A DNA stretch of 62,513 nt, counting the filler. It is 4 parts of 4 records of this genome, joined end to end, with 100 filler letters (N's around TTAATTAATTAA, not from the genome) between each part and the next. Parts side by side here need not be neighbours in the genome. Positions count along the whole stretch, not along the records: positions 1 to 22,620 come from SRR20825010_84; positions 22,721 to 39,691 come from SRR20825010_90; 2 more parts are not named here. One strand, written 5' to 3'. Below, one piece after another: positions 19,576-28,702 of this stretch. Every line of letters begins with the position of its first letter. Within the stretch, counting starts at the first letter, position 1. Under the pieces are notes generated by a model. That model made no database searches, was not told the DNA's origin, and saw only the letters and a program-made list of their open reading frames with translations. Both the position numbers and the translations under genes were made by a program.

Positions 19576-20355
19576 TTAACGGTTTTTCCATTCCGGCGTG
19601 CGCTTTTCAAGGAACGCATTCACGCCTTCGCGCTGGTCTTCGGTGCTGAACAGTTCGATAAACAGTTCCCGCTCCATTCTCCAGCCATCGTCGTGGCTGC
19701 GACCGTCACGGGCGCTCATCACCAGGGTCTTGCAGCGGGCAACAGACGACGGGCTCTGCTTGCCGGCCATCTCCGCCAGCTCCAGCGCCTTGTCGAGGGC
19801 TGCGCCCTGAGGCACCACTTCTTCCACCAGCCCGATGCTCAGGGCCTTGTCGGCCTTGATACGCTCACCACACAGAATCATGCGCTTGGCCCAGCCTTCG
19901 CCGACCAGCCATGGCAGGTTCTGGGTGCCACCGGCACAGGGCAACAGGCCAACGGTGGCCTCTGGCAATGCCATCTGGGCATGCTCCTCGGCAATGCGGA
20001 TGTCACAGGCCAGGGCACACTCCAGGCCACCACCCATGGCGTAGCCGTTCACGGCGGCGATGGACACGCCGCGGAAGCGAACCAGAGCATCGAATGCCTG
20101 ACCAAACGCCTGCGCCATGACACTGGCGTTACCAATGTCGCCATCGGCGAAGGCCTTGAGGTCGGCACCGGCAGAGAAAAACTTCTCGCCCTGGCCAGTG
20201 ACCACCAGCGCAAAGATATTGCGATCAGCGTTGAGCGCCTCAATCGTCTCTTCCAGCGCCTTCAAAGACGCCTTGGTCCAGGTATTGGCCGGGGGGTTGT
20301 TAATGGTGATGATCGCGGTGTGGCCGCGCTTTTCCAGCTGAATCAGTTCGCTCAT
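19576..20355 (-). CDS. Enoyl-CoA hydratase
   Basis: FFSAGADLK, AMGGGLE, ALPEATVGLLP, DQREGVNAFLEKR. Confidence 0.92.
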   Translation of the reverse strand: MSELIQLEKRGHTAIITINNPPANTWTKASLKALEETIEALNADRNIFALVVTGQGEKFFSAGADLKAFADGDIGNASVMAQAFGQAFDALVRFRGVSIAAVNGYAMGGGLECALACDIRIAEEHAQMALPEATVGLLPCAGGTQNLPWLVGEGWAKRMILCGERIKADKALSIGLVEEVVPQGAALDKALELAEMAGKQSPSSVARCKTLVMSARDGRSHDDGWRMERELFIELFSTEDQREGVNAFLEKRTPEWKNR

Positions 20356-20390
20356 GTGAATTCTCGCCTTTTGTTAGTTGGCAGAAGCGT

Positions 20391-21557
20391 TTATTGGATA
20401 GCTTCAGCGACACCAGGCTCCAGTAGCCGGCGGGCTACGATCAGCCGCATGATTTCGTTGGTGCCTTCCAGAATCTGATGCACCCGCAGGTCGCGTACGT
20501 AGCGCTCCAGCGGATACTCGCGGATATAGCCGTAACCACCGTGGAGCTGAAGTGCTTCGTTGCACACCTCGAAACACGCATCGGTGGCGAAGCGTTTGGC
20601 CATGGCGCAATGCAGCGTGGCTTCGGTATCGCCCTGATCCAACCGATAGGCTGCCAGGCGAACCATCTGCCGTGCGGCTACCAGGTTGGTTGCCATGTCC
20701 GCCAGCTTGAACTGCAATGCCTGGAAGCCCGCCAGGGCCTGGCCGAACTGCTCGCGTTCGTGCATGTAATTGCGCGCGCGCAGCAGCGCCGCCTGGGCAC
20801 CACCTATGGAGCAGGTGGCAATGTTAAGGCGCCCACCGTCCAGGCCTTTCATGGCGATCATGAAGCCCTGACCTTCTTCGCCCAGCCGGTTATTCGCCGG
20901 CACGCGCACGTTCTCGAAGGTAATCTGGCGGGTGGGCTGGCTGTTCCAACCCATTTTTTCCTCGGCCTTGCCGTAGTGGATACCGTCGCTGTCAGCGGGC
21001 ACCACAAAGGCACTGATCCCTTTTGGGCCACTGCCGGGTTCGCCGGTACGAGCCATCACCACCAGCATCTGGGTGGCGCCGGCGCCGGAAATAAACACCT
21101 TGCTGCCATTCAGTACATAGCTGTCGCCGTCCCGTGTGGCCTTGGTGCGCAGGTTACCGGCGTCAGAGCCGGCACCCGGTTCCGTCAGGCAGTAGGAACC
21201 CAACCATTCACCACTGGCCATTTTCGGGGCGATCTGTTTCTGGATATCGGCATTGCCAAACTGCGCCACCATCCAGGTCGCCATGTTGTGGATGGTGATG
21301 TAGGCGGCCGTGGAAGGACAGGCAGCCGCCAGTTCTTCCACGATCACGCTGGTATCCAGCCGCGACAGCCCCATGCCGCCCTGGGCTTCCGGCGTGTAAA
21401 TACCGCAAAAGCCCATCTCACCGGCCTCGCGAATCACTTCCACCGGGAACACATGCTCGGCATCCCATTTGGCAGCGTGAGGCGCCATGGCCTTTTCCGC
21501 GAAGGCCCTGGCGGCCTCGCGGAAGGCCAGCTGATCTTCAGTCAGATCAAAGTTCAT
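20391..21557 (-). CDS. Acyl-CoA dehydrogenase (isobutyryl-CoA DH-like)
   Basis: SYCLTEPGAGSD, GSKVFISG, KMGWNSQPT, GLDGGRLNIA, LQLHGGYGY, QILEGTNEIMR. Confidence 0.92.
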   Translation of the reverse strand: MNFDLTEDQLAFREAARAFAEKAMAPHAAKWDAEHVFPVEVIREAGEMGFCGIYTPEAQGGMGLSRLDTSVIVEELAAACPSTAAYITIHNMATWMVAQFGNADIQKQIAPKMASGEWLGSYCLTEPGAGSDAGNLRTKATRDGDSYVLNGSKVFISGAGATQMLVVMARTGEPGSGPKGISAFVVPADSDGIHYGKAEEKMGWNSQPTRQITFENVRVPANNRLGEEGQGFMIAMKGLDGGRLNIATCSIGGAQAALLRARNYMHEREQFGQALAGFQALQFKLADMATNLVAARQMVRLAAYRLDQGDTEATLHCAMAKRFATDACFEVCNEALQLHGGYGYIREYPLERYVRDLRVHQILEGTNEIMRLIVARRLLEPGVAEAIQ

Positions 21558-21566
21558 GGGCTCCCC

Positions 21567-22620
21567 TTACCGCATGCGGATGGAGAAGTTGGTTTCAGCC
21601 ACCGCATCGCTGCTGAACCAGCGACAGGTAATGGTCTTGGTCTCGGTGTAGAACTTCACCGCCTGCTTGCCGTAGGCGTGCTGGTCACCGTAGAAGGAGC
21701 CTTTCCAGCCAGTGAAGGAGAAGAACGGCAGGGGCACCGGAATGGGCACGTTGATACCCACCTGACCCACTTCGATCTCATGCTGGTAGCGACGTGCTGC
21801 TCCACCGGAGCTGGTGAAGATGGAAGTACCGTTACCGTAAGGGCTGTCGTTGACCAGGTTGATGGCATCTTCCAGGGTGTCCACTTCCATGCAGGCCAGA
21901 ACCGGGCCAAAGATCTCTTCCTTGTAAACATCCATCTCCGGCTTGACCCCGGCGAACAGCGTCGGCCCTACCCAGTTGCCGTCAGGCAGACCATCAACGG
22001 TGCAGTTGCGGCCATCCAGCAGCAGCTTGGCGCCTTCTTCCTCACCGCGGGTAATCAGCGATTCCACGCGCTGCTTCGCCTGCTTGCTGATAATCGGCCC
22101 ATAGTTGGCTCCCTTGTCGTTCCAGGCACCGGGTCTGACCGCAGCCAGGGCTTCCTTCACTTCCGGAATCCACTCCTGGGCCTCGCCCACGAACACGGCC
22201 ACGGAAATCGCCATGCAACGCTGGCCGGCAGCACCAACCGATGCGCCTACCAGAGCTTTGACCACCTGATTCTTGTCCGCGTCCGGCAAGATCACCATGT
22301 GGTTCTTGGCGCCGGCGAAACTCTGTACACGCTTCATGTTACGGGTGCCGGTTTCGTAGATGTAACGGCCCACCGGTACGGAGCCAACGAAGGACACAGC
22401 CTTGATGGCCGGATCGGTCAGCAGCACGTCTACCTGTTCTTTACCGCCGTGGACAACCTGCAACACACCCTTGGGGGCGCCTGCTTCTTCAAACAGCTCC
22501 GCCAGACGCATCGGGGTCAGCGGGTCCTGCTCGGACGGCTTGAGAATGAAGGTGTTACCGGAGGCAATGGCCATCGGGAACATCCACAGCGGGATCATGG
22601 CCGGGAAGTTGAACGGCGTG
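21567..22620 (-). CDS. mmsA: CoA-acylating methylmalonate-semialdehyde dehydrogenase, 5' end truncated at the contig end
   Basis: [43 protein letters not shown]. Confidence 0.92.
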
Positions 22621-22720
22621 NNNNNNNNNNNNNNNNNNNNNNNNNNNNNNNNNNNNNNNNNNNNTTAATTAATTAANNNNNNNNNNNNNNNNNNNNNNNN
22701 NNNNNNNNNNNNNNNNNNNN
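22621..22720. other. Artificial contig linker
   Basis: N44-TTAATTAATTAA-N44, with stops in all six frames. Confidence 0.98.
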
Positions 22721-22769
22721 TAGGTCGTGTTCACCCAAGGGCACAGAGAGGCGTAGCCGTAACCCGACA
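22721..22769 (+). repeat. REP-like repeat at the contig start
   Basis: TAGGTCG...CCCAAGGGCACAGAGAG...CGTAACCCGACA, an inverted near-copy of 39642-39691. Confidence 0.75.
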
Positions 22770-22775
22770 AAGCAC

Positions 22776-23708
22776 CTACAACGAAGGCACGCTTAGCTGC
22801 ATTTCGTTTTGCATGATTTCCAGTTGCGCCAGCACCCGTTGGCGCAACCAACTATGGGCCGGGTCCGCACTCTGGTCTCGGTGCCAGTACAAGTGCATTT
22901 CCAGACCGGGCAATTCACCGGGGAACGGCTTCAACACCAAGCCCTGACGGCTCAGTTGCCCAGCCAGACTGGCGGGCATGGTGAGCAGCAAGTCTGTTTG
23001 CTGCACGGTGCTCAGCGCCGCCTGATGATGCTGACAGCGCAAACGGATATGCCGGCGATAGCCCTGGCGTGCCAGGCCAAAATCCTCCAGGCCCGGCCCT
23101 TCGCGACGGGACGACACCAACACATGCTGGGCCGCCAGATAGTCAGGCAGATCCATGCCTTCGGCCAACGGGTGCGATTCGCGCATCATCACCGCCAGCG
23201 GGCCTTTCAATACCGCCTGATGTTCGATGGTTTCCGGCAGTGCCAGCATCACATCGCAGGCCAGATCCAGCCGACCGCTGGCCAGCTCGGTGGCCATTTG
23301 CCGGCGGCTCACGGTGAGTGACTGCAACTTCACCCCCGGCGCTTCATCCATGAACTGGCTCATCAGCGCCGGCAGCAGCCGCCCTTCCAGCCCGTCACGC
23401 AGGCCCAGCACGAAGGTGCGCTCCGCCTCGCTGGCATCAAAACCGCCTTCTTCGCTCAGGCAACGCTGAAACCCGCCCAGCGCGTGACGCACCGGGCTGA
23501 CCATGGCGCGCGCTCTGGCGGTGGGCACCATGCGGCTGCCCTGACGGACAAACAACGGATCACCCAGGCGATCACGCAGGCGCCCCAGCGCGTGGCTGAC
23601 CGCTGGCTGGGTAAGGTTGAGCACCTTGGCCGCGCGAGTCAGCGAGCCCTCGGTGTAAATGGCATCGAAGACCACAAAGAGGTTCAGATCGAATCGCGAA
23701 ACATGCAT
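22776..23708 (-). CDS. LysR-family transcriptional regulator
   Basis: DLNLFVVFDAIYTEGSLTRAAKVLNLTQPAVSHALGRLR HTH. Divergent from the SDR operon. Confidence 0.92.
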   Translation of the reverse strand: MHVSRFDLNLFVVFDAIYTEGSLTRAAKVLNLTQPAVSHALGRLRDRLGDPLFVRQGSRMVPTARARAMVSPVRHALGGFQRCLSEEGGFDASEAERTFVLGLRDGLEGRLLPALMSQFMDEAPGVKLQSLTVSRRQMATELASGRLDLACDVMLALPETIEHQAVLKGPLAVMMRESHPLAEGMDLPDYLAAQHVLVSSRREGPGLEDFGLARQGYRRHIRLRCQHHQAALSTVQQTDLLLTMPASLAGQLSRQGLVLKPFPGELPGLEMHLYWHRDQSADPAHSWLRQRVLAQLEIMQNEMQLSVPSL

Positions 23709-23814
23709 CAGATTTATCCAGAATTATTGCAATGATTCATTGGATTTATTGAAACGTGGTCTCTAGCATCGGTCAATGGGCATCTATCATTCATTTTTGT
23801 AATACAGACAAACT

Positions 23815-24678
23815 ATGAGCACATCGGCAAACACCACCACTTCTTCCCACGCGCAGCGGGTACTGATTACCGGCGGCGCCTCCGGGCTGGGCCGCGCCAT
23901 GGCTGAAGCCTGGCTTCGCGAAGGCGCCCGGGTGCTGATCGGCGACGTAAACCAGGAGCGCGCGGCGGAAACCCTGGCGGCCCTGAAGGATCTGCCCGGG
24001 GAATTGCAATATCAGTATCTGGATGTGCGCGATGCCGCCAGCTTCAACAATTCACGGGAATGGCTGGAACAGAACTGGGGCGGGCTGGATGTGCTGGTCA
24101 ACAACGCCGGGGTGGCTGGCGCCGCCCGCATCGACCGCGGCGACATGGCCGACTGGGACTGGATTTTCGATATCAACGTGAAAGGCGTGGTGCGTGGCTG
24201 CAAGGTATTCGTGCCGATGATGAAGCGCCAGGGACATGGCCACATCGTCAACATTGCCTCCCTGGCCGGGCTGCTGAATGCGCCGGTAATGGGCAGCTAT
24301 AACGTGACCAAGGCCGGGGTCATTTCCCTGTCGGAGACCCTGCGCTCCGAACTGGCGCCCTATGGCATTCATACCACCGTGGTCTGCCCCGGCTTTTTCC
24401 GCACCAATCTGCACGAGTCCATGCGCACCCCGGAACCGGGCATGATCGAAACCGTGGACAAACTGCTGTCCAGCGACGAGCTCAACGCCCAGCAGATTGC
24501 CGAGATGATCAAGCAGGCGGTGGCCAGGCAGCAGTTTTTCCTGCTGCCTCACAAGAGCGGCCGTCGCGCTTACTGGATGAAACGGTTCATGCCGTTCGTG
24601 TTCAACCGGATCATGCTGAAAGGCGCAGTACGCCTGCAGCGCAAACTGGAAAAAACCGAACAAAGAAAAGAGCACTGA
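23815..24678 (+). CDS. Short-chain dehydrogenase/reductase
   Basis: TGGASGLG, NNAG, YNVTK. Confidence 0.92.
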   Translation: MSTSANTTTSSHAQRVLITGGASGLGRAMAEAWLREGARVLIGDVNQERAAETLAALKDLPGELQYQYLDVRDAASFNNSREWLEQNWGGLDVLVNNAGVAGAARIDRGDMADWDWIFDINVKGVVRGCKVFVPMMKRQGHGHIVNIASLAGLLNAPVMGSYNVTKAGVISLSETLRSELAPYGIHTTVVCPGFFRTNLHESMRTPEPGMIETVDKLLSSDELNAQQIAEMIKQAVARQQFFLLPHKSGRRAYWMKRFMPFVFNRIMLKGAVRLQRKLEKTEQRKEH

Positions 24679-24681
24679 TTT

Positions 24682-25359
24682 ATGCCGGTGATTTACCTTA
24701 TTCGCCACGGACAGGCCAGCTTCGGCAAGGAAGATTACGACCAGCTTTCCGAGCCAGGCTGGGAACAGAGCCGTATTCTTGGCCGCGCCTTGCAGAACCA
24801 GTCACTGGGCTTTCCCCGGGCCATCTGCGGCACCATGCGCCGCCACCGGGAAACCGCGGAAGCCACGCTGGGCGAGCTGGGCCTGCCCAAAGAATGGCAC
24901 ACTGACACCGGCTTTAATGAGTACAACCACGAAGAGCTGCTCGCCGTGGACTGGCCCCTGGCCACCGACCGCCCCGCGCTCACCGCCTGGTTAGCGGAAC
25001 AGGAACAACCCCGCAAGGTGTTCCAGGCGCGCTTTGAGCAGGCCCTGCGCCGCTGGCAGCGCGGCGAAGGCGACTACAGCGAAAGCTGGCCTGCCTTTCG
25101 TGAACGGGTGCTGGCCAGCACCTACAGCCTGGGCAACAGCCTGAGCAGCGGCGACAGCGCCCTGGTATTCACCTCCGGCGGCGCCATCAGTGTCATCATC
25201 CAACAGTTAATGGCTCTGGATGCGGAAGCGTTGATCACCTATAACCGCAACCTGATCAACACCAGTGTGACCCGCGTGCTTGTGAACGCTGGCAAGTTGC
25301 GGCTAGTGTCAGTGAACGAACACCTGCACCTGCCCAGCGAACAGGTCACTTACCGATAA
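24682..25359 (+). CDS. Histidine phosphatase (phosphoglycerate mutase-like) family protein
   Basis: LIRHGQASF, GFNEY, FTSGG. Confidence 0.9.
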   Translation: MPVIYLIRHGQASFGKEDYDQLSEPGWEQSRILGRALQNQSLGFPRAICGTMRRHRETAEATLGELGLPKEWHTDTGFNEYNHEELLAVDWPLATDRPALTAWLAEQEQPRKVFQARFEQALRRWQRGEGDYSESWPAFRERVLASTYSLGNSLSSGDSALVFTSGGAISVIIQQLMALDAEALITYNRNLINTSVTRVLVNAGKLRLVSVNEHLHLPSEQVTYR

Positions 25360-25510
25360 GTTGAAAGTGAAAAGTTTAAAGTTCAAAAGCGCGGGACGGG
25401 TCCTGCAAAACGGCACGGCCCCACCCGCGATTCTGATCTTCGAGTCGCGGCGACAGGGCTTATAGTTGGCTACGCGAGGGAGTCGCGTTTCAACTTTGAA
25501 CTTTAAACTT
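25358..25510. repeat. Heptamer-armed inverted intergenic element, family A copy 1
   Basis: (AAGTnnA)x4-AAAGCGCG ... CGCGTT-(TnAACTT)x3, with an internal CCGCGA/TCGCGG hairpin. Confidence 0.8.
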
Positions 25511-25549
25511 ACCCCCATGCGAACAACACAACCTTCAGCGGAGACAACA

Positions 25550-26302
25550 ATGCCGACACGCAAGAATATTCTAATCACCGGCGCCAGCTCCGGCCTTGGC
25601 GAAGGCATGGCGCGTCTGTTTGCCGCCATGGGTCGCAACCTGGCGCTGTGTGCCCGGCGCATGGATCGGCTGGAAACGTTGAAAGCCGAGCTGGAAGAAA
25701 AACATCCCGGCATCAAGGTGCTGATCAAGCCACTGGACGTGAACGACTACGATCAGGTGTTTGCGGTATTCGATGCCTTCCGCACGGAACTGGCTGGCAT
25801 CGACCGGATTATCATCAACGCCGGCATGGGCAAGGGCCAACCCCTGGGCACCGGGTATTTCTACGCCAACCGCCAGACCGCCGAAACCAACTTCGTGGCT
25901 GCGCTGGCACAAACCGAAGCCGCCATGGAAATTTTCCGCGCCCAGAACAGCGGCCATTTGGTAATGATTTCTTCCATCAGCGCCATGCGCGGTATGAAGA
26001 AAAACCTGACCACCTATGCGGCCACCAAGGCCGGCGTGGCCATGCTGGCAGAAGGCTTGCAGGTGGAACTGCAGAATTCACCGATCAAGGTTTCCACGAT
26101 TTTCCCGGGTTTCATTCGCTCCGAGATTAACGAAAAAGTGAAGAACACCCCGTTTCTGGTGGACACCGAAACCGGCTGCAAGGCACTGGTGAAAGCCATT
26201 GAGAAAGAAGGCAAAAACGCCTCCGTTCCCGGCTGGCCCTGGGGGCCGCTCGGCTTCGCCATGCGGAATTTACCGTTGGGGATGGTCGGTAAGATAATGT
26301 AA
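25550..26302 (+). CDS. Short-chain dehydrogenase/reductase
   Basis: TGASSGLG, INAG, YAATK. GGAG precedes ATG 25550. Confidence 0.92.
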   Translation: MPTRKNILITGASSGLGEGMARLFAAMGRNLALCARRMDRLETLKAELEEKHPGIKVLIKPLDVNDYDQVFAVFDAFRTELAGIDRIIINAGMGKGQPLGTGYFYANRQTAETNFVAALAQTEAAMEIFRAQNSGHLVMISSISAMRGMKKNLTTYAATKAGVAMLAEGLQVELQNSPIKVSTIFPGFIRSEINEKVKNTPFLVDTETGCKALVKAIEKEGKNASVPGWPWGPLGFAMRNLPLGMVGKIM

Positions 26303-26308
26303 GAAGAG

Positions 26309-26464
26309 ACGCTGCACGCGACACGCTTCACGCAACAACGCGATGCCGCCCTGACCGATGATTAACGCAAGAGGCCGCGTTCCATTTCTGGGCGCGGCCT
26401 CTTGCGTTTCAAACGCTTAAAACCCTGTTCCGTGTTGCCACCTGAAGCGTGTTGCGTTCAGCGG
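26309..26464. repeat. Heptamer-armed inverted intergenic element, family B copy 1
   Basis: ACGCTGC ACGCGAC ACGCTTC ACGCAAC AACGCG left arm, 16-bp central stem (26364-26408), complementary right arm. Confidence 0.8.
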
Positions 26465-27307
26465 TCATTTCCATTTCATGATCGGCGCCCATTCGCGCCA
26501 GTCGTCTTCCGGTTGTTTGTACAGATCAAACCGCTCCCCCGCTTTCGCCAGCGGACCCGCTTCGGGCGGGGTGGCAAAGCTGATACCGCCACGGAGTAAA
26601 TTTTCCAGGGAGCTGGCCTGCACTTCCGCGCCCTTGAACAAGCCGATGTCCACGGTCAGTCCGGAGCTGTTCCAGAAGCGGGTGTTGCTGCGCACCAGTC
26701 TCGCGTATTTCGGCTCGATAATGGCCTGAATTTCCACAAAACGGCCATCCTGACTGAGTTCACTTTCGCCAATGGTGCCCACCTGCAAGTCGCGGTAATA
26801 AATCTTGCGTCCTTTTTTCAGTGACCCCAGATGGTCTGCCACCAGCGTCACTTTCAGCCCCAGATTCGGCTGTTGCTCCGGGGGCGTTTCCAGCCCTTCA
26901 AATTCCTTTTCGGGCTCGCCTTCGCCCGGCTCCACGGCAATATATTTGCCTGACACCAGGGTATCCAGATTCCGCGCACCGGCGATGCCCAGTTCCGGTT
27001 CCACAATCCAGAACCGGCTTTTCTCCCGGGCCAGTTTTTCCGCATCCCGGTTCAGGCTGGCATGAACACTTACCTGCTTGAGATCATCGCTCAGGACAAT
27101 TTCATCCACGCTGCCCACGGGCACGCCCCGGTAGCGCAGATCCACCCCCGGCTTGATGCCTGAGCCATTTTCAAAGGTGATTTCGATCTGCACGTCACGC
27201 TGCAGTAACTGGTCGTACAACAACCAGCCCGCCACCAGAAGGCTGACCAGAGGCACCAGCCAGATAGGGGAAGGCCAGCGGGAATGTTTCACTTCAGGCG
27301 TGTCCAT
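26465..27307 (-). CDS. MCE/MlaD-domain protein (short PqiB-like, two MCE domains)
   Basis: PIWLVPLV anchor, LRYRGVPVGSV, SRFWIVEP, IYYRDLQVG, TRFWNSSG, GGISFATP. Confidence 0.88.
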   Translation of the reverse strand: MDTPEVKHSRWPSPIWLVPLVSLLVAGWLLYDQLLQRDVQIEITFENGSGIKPGVDLRYRGVPVGSVDEIVLSDDLKQVSVHASLNRDAEKLAREKSRFWIVEPELGIAGARNLDTLVSGKYIAVEPGEGEPEKEFEGLETPPEQQPNLGLKVTLVADHLGSLKKGRKIYYRDLQVGTIGESELSQDGRFVEIQAIIEPKYARLVRSNTRFWNSSGLTVDIGLFKGAEVQASSLENLLRGGISFATPPEAGPLAKAGERFDLYKQPEDDWREWAPIMKWK

Positions 27308-27818
27308 GGTCCGCTCCGTCAGGGTCTTGAATCCATAATTGTTGGGGGGAGAAAGCGTGGGCCGACAACATGGTCAGCACCACCGCCAGGGCGAAAGCGA
27401 GAATACCCGGCCCCGGTTCCACCCGGGCCAGATTGCCGAATTCCACCACCGCCGCCAGCAGCGCCACTACAAAGACATCCAGCATGGACCAGCGACCAAT
27501 CCAGTACACCAGCCGATAGGCACGGGTACTGATCCGTGGATTATTTTCGTGGGGAACCCGCCAGTAGATCACCGCCAGCACCAGCACCTTGAAGAACGGC
27601 ACCAGCAGGCTGGCAATAAAAACAATAATGGCGATGCCGGGCATGCCGGCTTCGAACAGTTGCCAGATACCATCGGCAATGGTGCTGGCTTTGCCACGTC
27701 CGGTTTCAGTGACCGCCATGATCGGTAGCAGATTGGCTGGCACCAGCCAGACGACGGCGGCAATCAGCAACGACCAGGCCAGCGCTCGCTGCTGCCCCGG
27801 GGACACATCAGTCGCCAT
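27294..27818 (-). CDS. pqiA: Paraquat-inducible protein A family (C-terminal half)
   Basis: PANLLPIM, FIASLLVPFFK, IGRWSMLDVFVV. Confidence 0.88.
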   Translation of the reverse strand: MATDVSPGQQRALAWSLLIAAVVWLVPANLLPIMAVTETGRGKASTIADGIWQLFEAGMPGIAIIVFIASLLVPFFKVLVLAVIYWRVPHENNPRISTRAYRLVYWIGRWSMLDVFVVALLAAVVEFGNLARVEPGPGILAFALAVVLTMLSAHAFSPQQLWIQDPDGADHGHA

Positions 27819-28452
27819 TGCGCGCCTCCAGTAACCGTTGCAGCTGATCAGGCTGTGCCAGGGTTTCCACAATCAACCGCAACAACACCGCTACCACCAG
27901 ACAAAATAGCCCCGGCCCCGGGGTCACCGTGGCCATGTCACCCAGCTTGGTCATGGCGATAAGAATGCCGAGCAGAAAGATATCCGTCATGGCCCATTCC
28001 CGACTGTGCCGGTAAACCTTCATCCAGAAAGGGTCGGGCTGCCCTGTCGACGACGTATGATCGCGGGCAGCCCACAACAGGCGCCCTGCTGACAGCAGAT
28101 TCAGCAACGGCATGATCACCAGGGTAAACAACAGCAGCACCCCGACAGGAAAGTAAACGCCCTCCATAAGCCGCAAGACGCAATCCAGCAAGCTGGCCTC
28201 ACGGTCCAGGCCGAGGTTTTCCAGGCGCATCAGCGGCAAGATCAGCGCCGGCAGCCACAACACGGCGGTGGCCACGGTCAGCGCAAGCAGGGAGTCGGGC
28301 CGCAACGCCCAGGCACCACTCAGCTGGGAGTCACAACGGGGGCAACGCCAGGCGCCACGGGCACGGCGAGCAGGCACAGCAAGCTGCGTGCCGCAATCCG
28401 GGCACTGCAGTGCATCAGCAGACATCGGCTCCACTCCCCTGTGTTCCGGCAC
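27808..28452 (-). CDS. pqiA: Paraquat-inducible protein A family (N-terminal half)
   Basis: CPDC...CPRC zinc ribbon, EWAMTDIFLLGILIAMTKL. AAGGAGG precedes GTG 28452 (alternative ATG 28425). Confidence 0.85.
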   Translation of the reverse strand: MPEHRGVEPMSADALQCPDCGTQLAVPARRARGAWRCPRCDSQLSGAWALRPDSLLALTVATAVLWLPALILPLMRLENLGLDREASLLDCVLRLMEGVYFPVGVLLLFTLVIMPLLNLLSAGRLLWAARDHTSSTGQPDPFWMKVYRHSREWAMTDIFLLGILIAMTKLGDMATVTPGPGLFCLVVAVLLRLIVETLAQPDQLQRLLEARNGD

Positions 28453-28542
28453 AGCCACCTCCTTGGAATAACCGTACCAGAATGACGGCAAAAGCGCCGA
28501 AAGAACGTGAAAGGGGCGGGAATTTTACGGAGTTTTAAAGAA

Positions 28543-28699
28543 ACGCATCATGCTGCACGCTGCACGCAACAACGCGATCAAGGTTTGTCGTTTTATAAAC
28601 GTAAGAGGCCGCGCCCGGAATAAGGGCGCGGCCTCTCACCTATCGAAACCTGTACGGCTCCGCTTCGTGTTGTTGCGTGAAGCGTGTTGCCTGCAGCGT
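28543..28699. repeat. Heptamer-armed inverted intergenic element, family B copy 2
   Basis: ACGCATC ATGCTGC ACGCTGC ACGCAAC AACGCG ... AGAGGCCGCGCCC/GGGCGCGGCCTCT ... GTTGCGT GAAGCGT GTTGCCT GCAGCGT. Confidence 0.8.
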
Positions 28700-28702
28700 C
28701 CC

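Noticed and set aside
20478-22676. 732-aa plus-strand ORF (likewise 19114-20478, 28550-29932, 16062-17111, 2539-3438)
   Set aside because: Antisense shadows of well-supported genes in GC-rich DNA. No motifs, and the longest one ends only in the linker.
22665-22676. TTAATTAATTAA palindrome repeated three times
   Set aside because: Synthetic six-frame stop linker between N runs.
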